Counted from the stretch's first letter, positions 54,452 to 64,000 are shown. The stretch: DNA of 64,000 nt from Achromobacter sp. (GCF_032113835.1 NZ_DAMCTG010000009.1:3377-67376), one strand, 5' to 3'. Translations and numbers: made by a program. Notes: generated from the letters alone by a model not told the origin.

Positions 54452-56052
54452 CGCGCCAGCGCCTTCAGCGTGTCGAGCTGGTCGGCCTGATTCGCCGGCT
54501 TGTCGTGCCGCCAGCGCAGGATGCGCGGAAAGCGCACGGCGATCCCGGACTTGTGCCGCTTGGAGATGTTCACGCCTTCGAAGCCCAGTTCAAAGACCTG
54601 CACCGGCTCCACCGAGCGCACCGGACCGAAGCGCTCGCGCGTGTGGGCGCGCAGCCACCGGTCCAGCTCCAGGATCTCCTTGTCGTCCAAACCGGAGTAG
54701 GCCTTGGCAATGGGCACCAGCGCATCGCCGTCCCACAGCCCGAAGGTGTAGTCGGTGTAGAGCGTGCTGCGGCGGCCGTGGCCGGATTGCGCATAGAGCA
54801 GCACGGCGTCGATGGTCAGCGGGTCGATCTTCCACTTCCACCAGTCGCCTCGCCGCCGGCCGCTTTGGTACGGCGCGCTGCGGCGCTTGAGCATGAAACC
54901 TTCGACGCCGCGTTCGCGCGATTCGCCGCGCAGCGCGTGGGCCTCGTCCCAGCTTGCCGGCGCAACGGCCGGCGATACCCGCAGACGCGGATCGGGGTGG
55001 CGGCGCAACAGCGCCTCCAGCTGCTCGCGGCGCTCGGCCTGCGGCAGCTCGCGCAGGTCGGCGCCTTCGAGTTCAAGTAGGTCGTACGCCAGCAACTGGA
55101 CCGGGAACTCCGCCAGCCACTTGGGGCCGGGTTTCAGGCGCTGGATGCGGGTCTGCAGCGCCGAGAACGGCATGGGGTCCGTGTTGCCGTCCTGCCAGGC
55201 CAGCAGTTCCCCGTCGATGACGCAGTCCACGTCCAGCGCGGCGGCCGCCGCTTCCACTTCCGGAAAGCGGCCGTCCAGCCGTTCTTCACCGCGCGACCAG
55301 AGGGAAACCTCGCCGCGCCGCCGGATGAGCTGCGCGCGGATGCCGTCCCACTTCCATTCAAGCAGCCACTCGCCGATGGGACCCAGGACGGCGGGATCGC
55401 CTTCGAGCGGCGACGCGAGAAAAAACGGATACGGCTGCTGACGGTCGCCGGGCAGTTCCTCGGCGCTGAGCAGATCGCGCAGAAACGCAGGGCTGGGCGA
55501 CCACGCGCCCAACATGCGCTGCGCGATACGGGCGATGGGCACGCCCGACATTTCGGCCAGCGCCTGCTGCACCATGCGCTGAGACACGCCGACGCGCAGC
55601 GCGCCGGTCAGCAGCTTGTTGAAGACCAGGCGCTCTGCATACGGCAGGCCCAACCATGCCGAGACGACGACCTCCCGCCGCTCTAGCTCGTCGCGATTCG
55701 CGACCGGCAGGAGGATTTCTTCGATCCAGTCGGCCAAGCCTCGATCCGGCGCGGCCACGGTCGGATCCGGAACGAGCAGCGCCAGGGTTTCGGCCAGATC
55801 GCCGACCTGGTCGTAGCAGGCGTCCAGCAGCCAGGGCGCCGTGCCGGATGCGTCGGCCGCCCAGGCCCGCAATTCGCCCACGCCCGCGATCTTCTTGCGC
55901 GTGCTGGTGATCTTGCCGCCTGCCAGCAGATACAGCGCCCAGACCGCATCGCGCGGCGGGGCATCGCGGAAGTACGCCACCAGCGCCGCGCGCTTGTCCA
56001 AGGTGGCGGTGCTGCGGTCCAGCTCCTGATACAACGCCGCGAATCGCTTCAT
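54448..56052 (-). CDS. ATP-dependent DNA ligase
   Basis: Adenylation motif I EWKWDGIR (KxDG). Downstream are EGFMLKR and WWKWK (motif V/OB region). 534 aa. Overlaps the helicase start by 4 nt. Confidence 0.9.
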   Translation of the reverse strand: MKRFAALYQELDRSTATLDKRAALVAYFRDAPPRDAVWALYLLAGGKITSTRKKIAGVGELRAWAADASGTAPWLLDACYDQVGDLAETLALLVPDPTVAAPDRGLADWIEEILLPVANRDELERREVVVSAWLGLPYAERLVFNKLLTGALRVGVSQRMVQQALAEMSGVPIARIAQRMLGAWSPSPAFLRDLLSAEELPGDRQQPYPFFLASPLEGDPAVLGPIGEWLLEWKWDGIRAQLIRRRGEVSLWSRGEERLDGRFPEVEAAAAALDVDCVIDGELLAWQDGNTDPMPFSALQTRIQRLKPGPKWLAEFPVQLLAYDLLELEGADLRELPQAERREQLEALLRRHPDPRLRVSPAVAPASWDEAHALRGESRERGVEGFMLKRRSAPYQSGRRRGDWWKWKIDPLTIDAVLLYAQSGHGRRSTLYTDYTFGLWDGDALVPIAKAYSGLDDKEILELDRWLRAHTRERFGPVRSVEPVQVFELGFEGVNISKRHKSGIAVRFPRILRWRHDKPANQADQLDTLKALAR

Positions 56053-56094
56053 GCCTGCGTCCGTTCCCCTGTCGATCTTTGTTCGATGGCCGTC

Positions 56095-57099
56095 CTAGTC
56101 GTCTTCGCCGTACTGCGTCACCAGCGTCTCGGCGGCGATGCCCGACTCATTCAGCGTGCGAACCAGCGCATCGGTGTCGCCGTGCGTGGCGATGACGCGT
56201 TTGGCGCCGGTGTCGCGGATGGTGCGCAACAGGTCGGGCCAGTCGGCATGGTCAGACACGACAAAGCCGCGGTCCATGTTGCGGCGCCGCCGGTTGCCGC
56301 GCAGCCGCATCCAGCCGGACGCAAAGCCGTGCTGCGCCTTGCGAAAGCGCCGCAGCCACGCGCTGCCCGCCGCCGATGGCGGCGCCAGGATCAGCTCTCC
56401 AGCAAATCCCGTTCCCGAGGCAGCGGTAGGGCCATCCGCGTCAATGACCAGCCGCGTGTCGGCCAGCGGCACGCCGGCCTTGCGATACACGTCCACGCCG
56501 GCGGCGATCGCGCCATGCAGGTAGACAGGCCGATCCGCAAAGGGGATCAGTTCGGCCAGCACGCGCTGCGCCTTGCCCAAGGCGTAGCAATAGAGAATGG
56601 CGGCCTCGCCCCGCGCGGCGCAGTGGTCGCGCCATTGCACGATGTCGCGCGCCACGTCCGAGGCGCTGGGCCAGCGGTAGATGGGCAGGCCGAAGGTCGC
56701 TTCGGTGATGAAGGTGTCGCAAGGCACCACTTCGAACAGGCTGCACGTCGGATCGGGCTGACGCTTGTAGTCGCCGGACACGACCCAGACTTCGCCGTCG
56801 ACTTCGATGCGCACCTGGGCGGATCCCAGCACGTGGCCGGCCGGATGCAGCGACACGCGCGCATTGCCCAGCGTGAAGACTTCGCCATACGCATGGACCC
56901 GGTAGTCCTGGTCGCCCAGCCGCCATTGCAGGATGGGCAAGCCTTCGGCGCTGGTGTGATAACGCCCCATGCCCGAGCGCGCATGATCGCCGTGGCCATG
57001 GGTCAGCACCGCGACCTCGACCGGCCGCCAAGGATCGATATGAAAGCCGCCGGCCGGACAATACAGGCCTTCCGGACGCAATTGCACGATGTCGCGCAT
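56095..57099 (-). CDS. Ligase-associated DNA damage response exonuclease (metallo-beta-lactamase/beta-CASP)
   Basis: MBL motif LTHGHGDHA. 334 aa. First gene of the conserved exonuclease-ligase-helicase-PdeM array. Confidence 0.85.
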   Translation of the reverse strand: MRDIVQLRPEGLYCPAGGFHIDPWRPVEVAVLTHGHGDHARSGMGRYHTSAEGLPILQWRLGDQDYRVHAYGEVFTLGNARVSLHPAGHVLGSAQVRIEVDGEVWVVSGDYKRQPDPTCSLFEVVPCDTFITEATFGLPIYRWPSASDVARDIVQWRDHCAARGEAAILYCYALGKAQRVLAELIPFADRPVYLHGAIAAGVDVYRKAGVPLADTRLVIDADGPTAASGTGFAGELILAPPSAAGSAWLRRFRKAQHGFASGWMRLRGNRRRRNMDRGFVVSDHADWPDLLRTIRDTGAKRVIATHGDTDALVRTLNESGIAAETLVTQYGEDD

Positions 57100-57283
57100 G
57101 GCACCTCCCGATCGGCGCGGCGCGACAATTTCGCGGCCGCATGTCTTTGGTTATACCCCGCGAGGACGCAGAAAAAGTGCGCTGAAAACGCACCGCTAAC
57201 ATCCGATGAAAAATTAAAAGTTCAGTTGCAGACGGGGGGCAACGTAAGCCGGTAGTGTGGAGCGGTGGCTTAAAGGAGAGAAT

Positions 57284-57361
57284 ATGCGTACCAATCACAT
57301 CCTCACGATTATTGTTGTGGTCGTCGTCGCTTCGATCGCCCTGTCGATCGTTCCCTGGTAA
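57284..57361 (+). CDS. Candidate 25-aa hydrophobic micro-ORF (MRTNHILTIIVVVVVASIALSIVPW)
   Basis: Not in the ORF track because it is under 60 aa. ATG at 57284 is preceded by AAAGGAGAG with a 4-nt spacer. There is one predicted TM helix. TAA at 57359-57361, 38 nt before the next gene's ATG. Confidence 0.3.
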   Translation: MRTNHILTIIVVVVVASIALSIVPW

Positions 57362-57399
57362 TTCCTTGGCAGCGAGGCCGGACATGACACGGACTCTTC

Positions 57400-58803
57400 A
57401 TGCCCTCTGCCTTGCCGCCTTCCTTGCTGGACCTGACGCTGCGCTCCATCCCGCGTCGTTATCGCGTGGGGCCATTGCCCGCTGCACGCAGCGGGCTTGA
57501 AGATTCCAATCCGGCGACGGCCCTTGCCATCGCCATTGAACAGGCCCGCGTTGCCCTGAGTGAAGGCGCGGCGCCCACACCCGCCTGCGAACGCCTGTTT
57601 GTCGACGCGCTTTCGCGATTGATTCTTGACGCGCTGCGCGAACGAGGCGGAGATCCTGCGTTTCAGGCCATGGTGCTGCGCCATCGATCCCCGCTGGTGC
57701 GCGAACACGCGTCGTTGTCGGCGCACGCGCAGGCGGACCGGCGCGCGGTGCGAACCTCGGTCGATGCGTTTGCGCATCCTGGCAAGCGCCGTGGGATGCC
57801 GGCCGGGCCGCTGGTACACGCGCTTGCTTCGTTGCATGCGGCGGCGACGGCGGAGGACTGGGCCGTGTTGAGCGAAAACGCACAGGCTTTGCTTGCTGCG
57901 CCCTCTTCAGTCTTTGCGGCGGACCCGGCGATGGCCGGCCCGCTGGATCGGTTGATGAACGACCCCGCGTTGGCGCGTCTTCGGCGGATGGACGCGTTGG
58001 CGGCGGATCCGCTGGTGCAGCGCTATCAAACGCTTTGGCAACGGCAAGGTGCCCGCCCCGGCACGCCGCAGGCTGCCGCGCAGGGGTTGGACGCACGCCG
58101 CCGCGGCATCGCCGTCGAAGCGTTGGCCGAGCAGGCGATTGCCGCGCTGGCCGCGCAGCTTGCGCAACGGACAGGCGAGATCTATCGGGTTGCAACGTCG
58201 ATGCGCGTGCCGGCGTCGATTCCGGGCAACGCCGACCGCGCCAAGACCGAATGGGACGTCGCGCTGCTGCGCCAGTCGGGTAGCGACGCGTCGGCTCCGC
58301 TTTGGGATGTGTGCCTGCTGGTGGAGGCCAAGGCCTCAACGGACGCGGCGACGACGGATCTTCCCCGGTTGCTGCGCGGTCTTCGGCTATTGGCGCACGC
58401 GGACGTGCAGACCACTTATGTGTTCGAGAGCCATCAGGGCCCGGTCCGGCTGCGCGGCGCGGCGTTGGCAGCGCTGTCGGTGGACGATGCCGATCTTGCC
58501 CGGACAATTCTGTACGTTTCCGACGCGCCGGCAGATGCCGCGCCACGCTTGCTGAACGCTGCGGGCAGGATGCAATTGTTGTCGGCGCAGGAAAGCCTGG
58601 ACTATGCCAGTTCCGTGGCCGCAGGCGTCGCGCCGGATGCGTCGGCGCTTGCGCCTGTATGGCAACAGTTGCTTGCGTCGCCCCGCTGGAGCGCCGTGCT
58701 GAACCAGTTCGCGCTGCTGCGGCAGGTCCGTGAGCTGATGGCGCACGTAAATGATGTCCACGCTGCCATCACGCGCCTGGATCAGGACCGCGTCGGCGCA
58801 TAA
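57400..58803 (+). CDS. Conserved hypothetical protein with a PD-(D/E)xK-like motif
   Basis: 467-aa Ala-rich ORF. The segment TEWDVALL ... LWDVCLLVEAKAS has the D...D/E-x-K arrangement of restriction-endonuclease-fold proteins. No other motif recognised. Confidence 0.6.
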   Translation: MPSALPPSLLDLTLRSIPRRYRVGPLPAARSGLEDSNPATALAIAIEQARVALSEGAAPTPACERLFVDALSRLILDALRERGGDPAFQAMVLRHRSPLVREHASLSAHAQADRRAVRTSVDAFAHPGKRRGMPAGPLVHALASLHAAATAEDWAVLSENAQALLAAPSSVFAADPAMAGPLDRLMNDPALARLRRMDALAADPLVQRYQTLWQRQGARPGTPQAAAQGLDARRRGIAVEALAEQAIAALAAQLAQRTGEIYRVATSMRVPASIPGNADRAKTEWDVALLRQSGSDASAPLWDVCLLVEAKASTDAATTDLPRLLRGLRLLAHADVQTTYVFESHQGPVRLRGAALAALSVDDADLARTILYVSDAPADAAPRLLNAAGRMQLLSAQESLDYASSVAAGVAPDASALAPVWQQLLASPRWSAVLNQFALLRQVRELMAHVNDVHAAITRLDQDRVGA

Positions 58804-59747
58804 GCGCTGTCGTCAACAGCGGCCCCGCCCCAATCCTGCGCGTGCCGCTCGATGTGCGCGCGGATGAAATCCGCCAGCACGCGCGTGGCCATGGACGGAA
58901 ACCGGTTCGGCGCGGTCAGCAGATAGATGGCGTCGCCCACGCCCTCCGGCTCGAACCCCGGCAGCACCTGCACCAGCGTCTGGTCACGCAGCAGTTCCCA
59001 CACCGCATAGCGCGGCAGCAGGGCCACGCCCAGGCCCGCCAGCACCGCGTCACGCAGAAACGGATAATCGCCCGACTGCAGGCGCGGCGCGACGCGCAGG
59101 ATCAGCGGGTCGCCATGCGCCTGCTTGAGCCGCAGGTCGAAACGCCGGCCCATCGATTGCGGTGCGATCAGGTCGCAGCGGCCCAACCGCTCCACGCGTT
59201 GCACCGGCCCGTTGCGCGCCAGGAAGTCCGGCGACGCGCACAGGCACCACTGGATGTCGCATAGCCGCCGCGCCACGTGATCTTCGGGCGGGGACGACGT
59301 GATCTTGAGCGCGATGTCGACTTCGGCGGAGATCAGGTCGCCGATCCCGTCGTTGATGTGCACGCGCAGCGCAATGTCGGGATGCGCGCGCGCGAATTCC
59401 AGCAACACGGGGGCAAGGTAAAGGTGACCAAGACCGGTGGGCAGACGGATGCGCACATCGCCGCGCACGGTCCCGTCCAGGCTGTCGATGGCCGCCTGCA
59501 CCGCGCGCATCTCGTCCAGCAGCCGGATGCCGTGCTGGTACAGCAACTGGCCGGCCTGCGTCAGCTCGACATGCCGGGTGGTGCGCCGGAACAGCTGCGC
59601 GCCCAGATCGAGTTCCAGCCGCTTCAGGCGATGCGACATGTTCGACCGCGTCATGCCGCAACGCTGCGCAGCCGCACTCAGGTTGCGCGACTCGACCATT
59701 GCGACAAACAGTCTGACGAGGTTCAGGTCCGGCTTATTGTCAATCAT
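58782..59747 (-). CDS. LysR-family transcriptional regulator
   Basis: HTH LNLVRLFVAMVESRNLSAAAQRCGMTRSNMSHRLKRLE plus a LysR substrate-binding domain. It is divergent from the CoA-transferase operon. Confidence 0.9.
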   Translation of the reverse strand: MIDNKPDLNLVRLFVAMVESRNLSAAAQRCGMTRSNMSHRLKRLELDLGAQLFRRTTRHVELTQAGQLLYQHGIRLLDEMRAVQAAIDSLDGTVRGDVRIRLPTGLGHLYLAPVLLEFARAHPDIALRVHINDGIGDLISAEVDIALKITSSPPEDHVARRLCDIQWCLCASPDFLARNGPVQRVERLGRCDLIAPQSMGRRFDLRLKQAHGDPLILRVAPRLQSGDYPFLRDAVLAGLGVALLPRYAVWELLRDQTLVQVLPGFEPEGVGDAIYLLTAPNRFPSMATRVLADFIRAHIERHAQDWGGAAVDDSAYAPTRS

Positions 59748-59851
59748 GGTTCACCATTCCCGGCACAAACCGGTGGATTGTCCAATGCGTCAGCCGAGTC
59801 TAGCATCGTCTTCATCGCCTTCGAACCCTTGCTCCGGACCGACATCCACCC

Positions 59852-61063
59852 ATGCCCTCCCAGCCGATCGATGCTTCCAAAGGACCCTATTCCGGACTGC
59901 GCGTGCTGGACCTCAGCCAGGGCATCGCAGGCCCGTACTGCGCGCAGATGCTGTGGCAGCAAGGGGCCGACGTCGTGAAGGTGGAACCGCCAGACGGCGA
60001 CTGGGGCCGGCACGTCGGCGTGCTTCGCGACGACCAGAGCGCACTATCCATCGCCTACAACGCCGGCAAGCGCGGCATGTGCGTGGACGCGCGCCAGCCG
60101 CAGGGCAAGACGTTGCTGGCGGACATGGCGCGGCGCGCGGACCTCGTGATCCAGAATTTCCGCCCCGGGGTCGCTGAGCGCATGGGGGTGGGCTACGACA
60201 GCCTGGCCGCGCGTTGCCCGGGCCTGGTCTACGTGTCCATCAGCGGCTACGGGCCGGACGGCCCCTACGCCAACGCCCCCGCCTCCGACTCCGTGATGCA
60301 GGCGGACAGCGGCCTGATGTTCGCCAACCAGACGACCGCCGGCGAACCGCGCCGCATCGGCCTCCTGATGGCGGACATCGCCACCGCGCTGTACGCGGTG
60401 CAGGCGGCCAGCGCCGCGCTCTATCAGCAGGCGCGCAGCGGCCTCGGCCAGCATGTGCAGCTGAATCTGCTGCAGGCGTGCGCGGCCTTGCAGGTGAACG
60501 ACATCCTTGCGTACGGCATTGCGGGACAGCGGGAGGCCGTGGCGGTCAGCGCCCCCAATGGCGTCTTCGACACCGCGGATGCGCGCCTGTCCGTGCTGGC
60601 GTTGAACAACGACCAGTTCGCGCGGTTGTGCCGCGCGCTCGAACGCACGGACTGGCTGGCGGACCCCGCCCTGTCCACCAACGCGGGACGCATGGCGCAG
60701 CGCGAGCGCCTGCATCGGGACATGGCGGAACAATTGGCGCAGCACCCTGCCGCGCACTGGGTGGAACGCCTGGCGCGCGAGGACGTGCTGCATGCGTACG
60801 TGCGGGATTACGACGGCCTGGCGGCGCATCCGCAGGCGGCGCACCTGGGACTGCTGGAACCGTTGGCGCAGCCCGGCGGCGCCCCCCTGCCGTTTGCGCG
60901 CGCGGCGGGCGCCTTGTCACGCCGGCCGCTTGCCGCGGCGCCGGCCGTCGGGGAGCACACCGTGGATGTGTTGACCGAATGGGGCGTGGCGCCCGCCGAC
61001 ATCCAGGCCATGCTGGACGCCGGCGTGCTGCGCCAGGCGGCACCCGCCAAGGAGGCCCGCTGA
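59852..61063 (+). CDS. CaiB/BaiF-family (type III) CoA-transferase
   Basis: GLRVLDLSQGIAGPYCAQMLWQQGADVVKVEPP is the family N-terminal signature. 403 aa. Confidence 0.9.
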   Translation: MPSQPIDASKGPYSGLRVLDLSQGIAGPYCAQMLWQQGADVVKVEPPDGDWGRHVGVLRDDQSALSIAYNAGKRGMCVDARQPQGKTLLADMARRADLVIQNFRPGVAERMGVGYDSLAARCPGLVYVSISGYGPDGPYANAPASDSVMQADSGLMFANQTTAGEPRRIGLLMADIATALYAVQAASAALYQQARSGLGQHVQLNLLQACAALQVNDILAYGIAGQREAVAVSAPNGVFDTADARLSVLALNNDQFARLCRALERTDWLADPALSTNAGRMAQRERLHRDMAEQLAQHPAAHWVERLAREDVLHAYVRDYDGLAAHPQAAHLGLLEPLAQPGGAPLPFARAAGALSRRPLAAAPAVGEHTVDVLTEWGVAPADIQAMLDAGVLRQAAPAKEAR

Positions 61064-62136
61064 TGCGCGCCCTGGTCTGCCATCGCCATGGTCCGGTTGA
61101 GGACGTGTTGCCCGGCGAGCTTCCCGAGGCGCCGGCGCCCGCGCCCGACGAGGTCACCATCGCCGTCGAGCATGCAAGCGTCAGCCACGCAACCAAGCTG
61201 CTCATCGAGGGACGCTATCAAAGCCGTCCGCCGCTGCCTTTTGCGCCGGGCACGGAGGCCGCCGGCCGCATCATCGCGTGCGGCGACAGGGTCACGCGGT
61301 TCAAGCCCGGCGACAAGGTCGTCGCGCTGGCGCGCTGGGGCTGCTATGCCGAACGCCTGACCGTGCCGGAATACACCGTCTATCCCGTGCCCGATGATCT
61401 GCCGCTTCTGACCGCGTTGCCCATTCCCATTTCGTACGGCACCGCGTGGGGCGCGCTGTTGTGGCGCGCCGCGATGCAACCCGGCGACACGGTGCTGGTG
61501 CTGGGCGCGGGCTCGGGCGTGGGATTGGCGGCCGTGGAGATTGCATCGGCGCTCGGCGCGACGGTGCTGGCCTGCGCCAGCACGCCGGCCAAGCGCCAGG
61601 CCGCGCTGGACGCGGGCGCTGCGCATGCGTTCGCAGCAGACGAGGCCATGCCGCAGGCCGTCAAGGCGGTCAGCGACGGGCGTGGCGCGGACGTGGTGCT
61701 GGACGCCGTGGGCGGCGACGCCTTCGAACGCAGTGTGCGCGCCGCGGCGGCCAATGCCCGAATGGTGTCTGTGGGATTCGCCAGCGGCCGCATCCCCGAT
61801 GTGCCGCTGAACCTGCTGCTTGTGAAGAACATTGCCCTGCATGGGTTTTTCTTTGGCCGCTACATCGGCTGGACGCCCGCGGACGAACGCATCGTTCACG
61901 CGCCCGCCATGCAGCGGACCATGTCCACCCTGTTCGACTGGGCCCGCCGCCAGCGGATCCGGCCGGCTGTAACGGCGATCTATCCGATCACCGGCCTTTC
62001 CGCAGCACTCGCCGCCCTGGAAAGCCGACAAGTCGTCGGCAAGGTGGCGATCACGATAACGACGGAGACAACCCCATGCGTACCAACGACTTCCGGCGCG
62101 CCGCCTGGCCGCGCCACCTTGCCGCCGCGGCGCTAG
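61063..62136 (+). CDS. Zinc-type/MDR-family NADPH:quinone oxidoreductase-like protein
   Basis: MRALVCHRHG ... GTEAAGRIIACGDRVTRFKPGDKV ... GDTVLVLGAGSGVGLAAVEIA (Rossmann). The ATG overlaps the CoA-transferase stop (TGATG). The 3' tail overlaps the next gene by about 60 nt. Confidence 0.85.
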   Translation: MRALVCHRHGPVEDVLPGELPEAPAPAPDEVTIAVEHASVSHATKLLIEGRYQSRPPLPFAPGTEAAGRIIACGDRVTRFKPGDKVVALARWGCYAERLTVPEYTVYPVPDDLPLLTALPIPISYGTAWGALLWRAAMQPGDTVLVLGAGSGVGLAAVEIASALGATVLACASTPAKRQAALDAGAAHAFAADEAMPQAVKAVSDGRGADVVLDAVGGDAFERSVRAAAANARMVSVGFASGRIPDVPLNLLLVKNIALHGFFFGRYIGWTPADERIVHAPAMQRTMSTLFDWARRQRIRPAVTAIYPITGLSAALAALESRQVVGKVAITITTETTPCVPTTSGAPPGRATLPPRR

Positions 62137-63071
62137 CCGCCGGCTGCGTCAGCCTGCCTGCCGCCGCGCACGCCGCCGGCGACTATCCCAGCAAACCCAT
62201 CACCATGGTGGTGCCCTACCCGCCGGGCGGCCCGACCGACATCGTGGCGCGATTGGTGGCCGCCGAGATGTCCAAGACCATCGGCCAGAGCATCGTCGTC
62301 GACAACAAGCCCGGCGCCAGCGGCATGATCGGCGCGGACCTCGTCGCGCGCGCCGCGCCCGATGGCTACACGTTCCTGGCCAACGCGTCGCTGCACGTCA
62401 TCAACCCGTACATCTACGCGTCGATGCGCTACGACGCCTTCAAGGACTTCGCGCCCATCACGCAGCTTGCGGACGTGCCGCTCGTGCTGGTCGTGCCGGA
62501 AACATCAAAGGTGCGCACCGTGCAGGACCTCGTGGCGCAAGGCAAGGCTCAGCCATTGAACTTCGGATCGGCGGGTTCGGCGTCCGCGCAGCAGCTTGCC
62601 GGCGAATCGTTCAAGGTGCGATCCGGCCTGCCAATGCAGCATGTGCCCTACAAGGGCAGCGCACCCGCGCTGACGGATCTGGTGGGCGGGCAGATCCAGT
62701 TGATGTTCGATTCCATGCCGTCAGCCATGCCGTTCATCAAGTCGGGCAAGCTGCGGGCGGTGGCGGTGACGACCAGCCGCCGCGTCGATGAACTGCCCGA
62801 CGTGCCCACCATGGCCGAATCCGGATTCCCGGGCTTCGACATCAGCACGTGGTACGGCCTGTGGGCGCCCAAGGGCACGCCGCCGGCCATTGTGGCCAAG
62901 CTGTCCGAGCACGCGGCCCGGGCGCTCAAGCAACCCAATGTGGTGACGCAGTACGCCGGCCTGGGCGCCAAGCCGGTGGGATCGGATCCCGCCACGTTTG
63001 CGCGTTTCAACGTGTCCGAGGGCGAAAAGTGGCGGGACATCGTCAAGGCGGCGCAGATCACGCCGCAATAG
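62076..63071 (+). CDS. Bug-family (TctC-like) substrate-binding protein
   Basis: Signal peptide, then DYPSKPITMVVPYPPGGPTDIVAR. ACGGAGA precedes ATG 62076. The longer track ORF starting at 61446 is an extension artefact. Confidence 0.9.
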   Translation: MRTNDFRRAAWPRHLAAAALAAGCVSLPAAAHAAGDYPSKPITMVVPYPPGGPTDIVARLVAAEMSKTIGQSIVVDNKPGASGMIGADLVARAAPDGYTFLANASLHVINPYIYASMRYDAFKDFAPITQLADVPLVLVVPETSKVRTVQDLVAQGKAQPLNFGSAGSASAQQLAGESFKVRSGLPMQHVPYKGSAPALTDLVGGQIQLMFDSMPSAMPFIKSGKLRAVAVTTSRRVDELPDVPTMAESGFPGFDISTWYGLWAPKGTPPAIVAKLSEHAARALKQPNVVTQYAGLGAKPVGSDPATFARFNVSEGEKWRDIVKAAQITPQ

Positions 63072-63116
63072 TGGAAATCCGCGTCCGCGGGCGGGGCTGG
63101 CCGCGCCCGCGGATTG

Positions 63117-64000
63117 TCACCATGCGTACTTCAGCGTGGCGAGCACCAGGCGCCCCGCGCCATAGGTGCAGGCCGTGGCGGTGACGCAGGTGCCGACGTA
63201 GGTGCGGTCAAACAGGTTGCTCGCGTTCAGATCCAGCGTCAGTCCGCGCATGGCGGGCTGCAGCTGGCCAAAATCGTAGGACAGCGCCGCATCGAACAGC
63301 GTGACCGCCGGAATCCGCAGGGTGTTGGCCGGGTCGCCCCAATCGGCGCCGATGTAGCGCACGCCCGCCCCCAACCCCAGACCTTGCAACGGGCCGCCCT
63401 GAACCTTGTAGCCCAGCCACGCGGCCGCCTGATGCGCCGGCGCGTAGTACTGCTTCTTGCCCTGGCGCGACTCCGGCACACCATTGACGATATCGACGTT
63501 GGCGCTACGCGTGACCACCGCATCGACGTAGGCGTACGACGCGATCAGATCCCATCCCCGCGCCAGGTTCGCCTTGCCTTCCAGTTCGATGCCGCGCGCC
63601 CGGATCTGGCCGGTCTGCGTCTGAAAGCCCGGCGGCCGTCCGGGCGTCGTGTCGCTGGTCAGCACGTTGTCCTGCGTGAGCTGATACGCCGACAGCGTGA
63701 CCAGGCTGTCGCTGCCGGGCGGCTGGTATTTCATGCCGGCTTCGATCTGCCGGCCCTCGGCAGGCCGGAAGGGGTTCGAATTGAAGTCCGTCCCGCCGGT
63801 CGGCGCGAAGGACGTGGAATACGCCACATACGGCGCCAGGCCGTTCGCCATCAGATAGGTCAGCCCGGCGCGCCCCGTAAAGGCGGAATCGTCCTGCGAC
63901 GTCTTGGCCGACGTCAATTGGTTGCGCGTCGTGCTGCGCGCCATGTCGTAGCGCCCGCCCAGCGTGAGCAACCAGCCGCCATAGGAAATCTGGTCCTGCA
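63117..64000 (-). CDS. TonB-dependent (siderophore-type) outer-membrane receptor, C-terminal part (gene runs off the window)
   Basis: Beta-barrel repeats and the terminal RLVLATLKYAW with a C-terminal aromatic residue. The ORF is open at the window end. Confidence 0.85.
   Translation of the reverse strand, partial: QDQISYGGWLLTLGGRYDMARSTTRNQLTSAKTSQDDSAFTGRAGLTYLMANGLAPYVAYSTSFAPTGGTDFNSNPFRPAEGRQIEAGMKYQPPGSDSLVTLSAYQLTQDNVLTSDTTPGRPPGFQTQTGQIRARGIELEGKANLARGWDLIASYAYVDAVVTRSANVDIVNGVPESRQGKKQYYAPAHQAAAWLGYKVQGGPLQGLGLGAGVRYIGADWGDPANTLRIPAVTLFDAALSYDFGQLQPAMRGLTLDLNASNLFDRTYVGTCVTATACTYGAGRLVLATLKYAW

Noticed and set aside
57398-58546. 382-aa minus-strand ORF opposite the 57400-58803 gene; similarly 60808-62031 minus and 60546-61205 minus
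   Set aside because: The translations are rich in Pro, Arg and Ala with no structure, and they overlap better-supported plus-strand genes (CoA-transferase and MDR oxidoreductase signatures).
1-64000. Search for CRISPR arrays, rRNA, tRNA, IS elements, integrases and prophage genes
   Set aside because: I saw no regularly spaced direct repeats, no rRNA- or tRNA-like conserved blocks, and no DDE or tyrosine/serine recombinase motifs in any ORF. I therefore did not call the 30.1-42.6 kb island an integrative mobile element.

Overview
High-GC (mid-60s % by hand count of a few lines) proteobacterial chromosome segment. It is probably Alcaligenaceae (Bordetella/Achromobacter-like); this is inferred only from composition and two Bug/TctC-type periplasmic receptors. 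Most of the window is ordinary, densely packed metabolism, transport and regulator genes. These include an amino-acid ABC importer with an aminotransferase and an RraA-like gene, a large Orn/Lys/Arg-type decarboxylase with an AspT/YidE-family transporter, a CoA-transferase/MDR/Bug cluster, and the well-known four-gene ligase-associated DNA-damage-response operon (MBL exonuclease, ATP-dependent ligase, Lhr-like DEXH helicase, PdeM). Two patches have visibly lower GC. The first (about 5.3-13.2 kb) carries a run of plus-strand hydrolase genes without signal peptides: PG-binding/M15 peptidase, class-3 lipase, and a PhoD-like phosphoesterase. The second (about 30.1-42.6 kb) is the stand-out. It holds eight co-directional genes inserted against a decapitated and frameshifted LysR gene. 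Its first module has four genes: three dynamin-like P-loop GTPases plus a small TM protein, resembling LeoABC/Eleos. Its second module also has four genes: an unknown 438-aa protein, a double-HKD phospholipase-D-family protein, an SNF2-family helicase, and a PD-(D/E)xK protein resembling the HsdR N-terminal domain. The first three genes of this module overlap start to stop (ATGA, TAATG), and the window contains no methyltransferase, integrase or tRNA next to the island. I consider this island a candidate anti-phage or anti-MGE system, possibly novel or a novel combination. No rRNA, tRNA, CRISPR array, transposase or integrase could be supported anywhere in the window.
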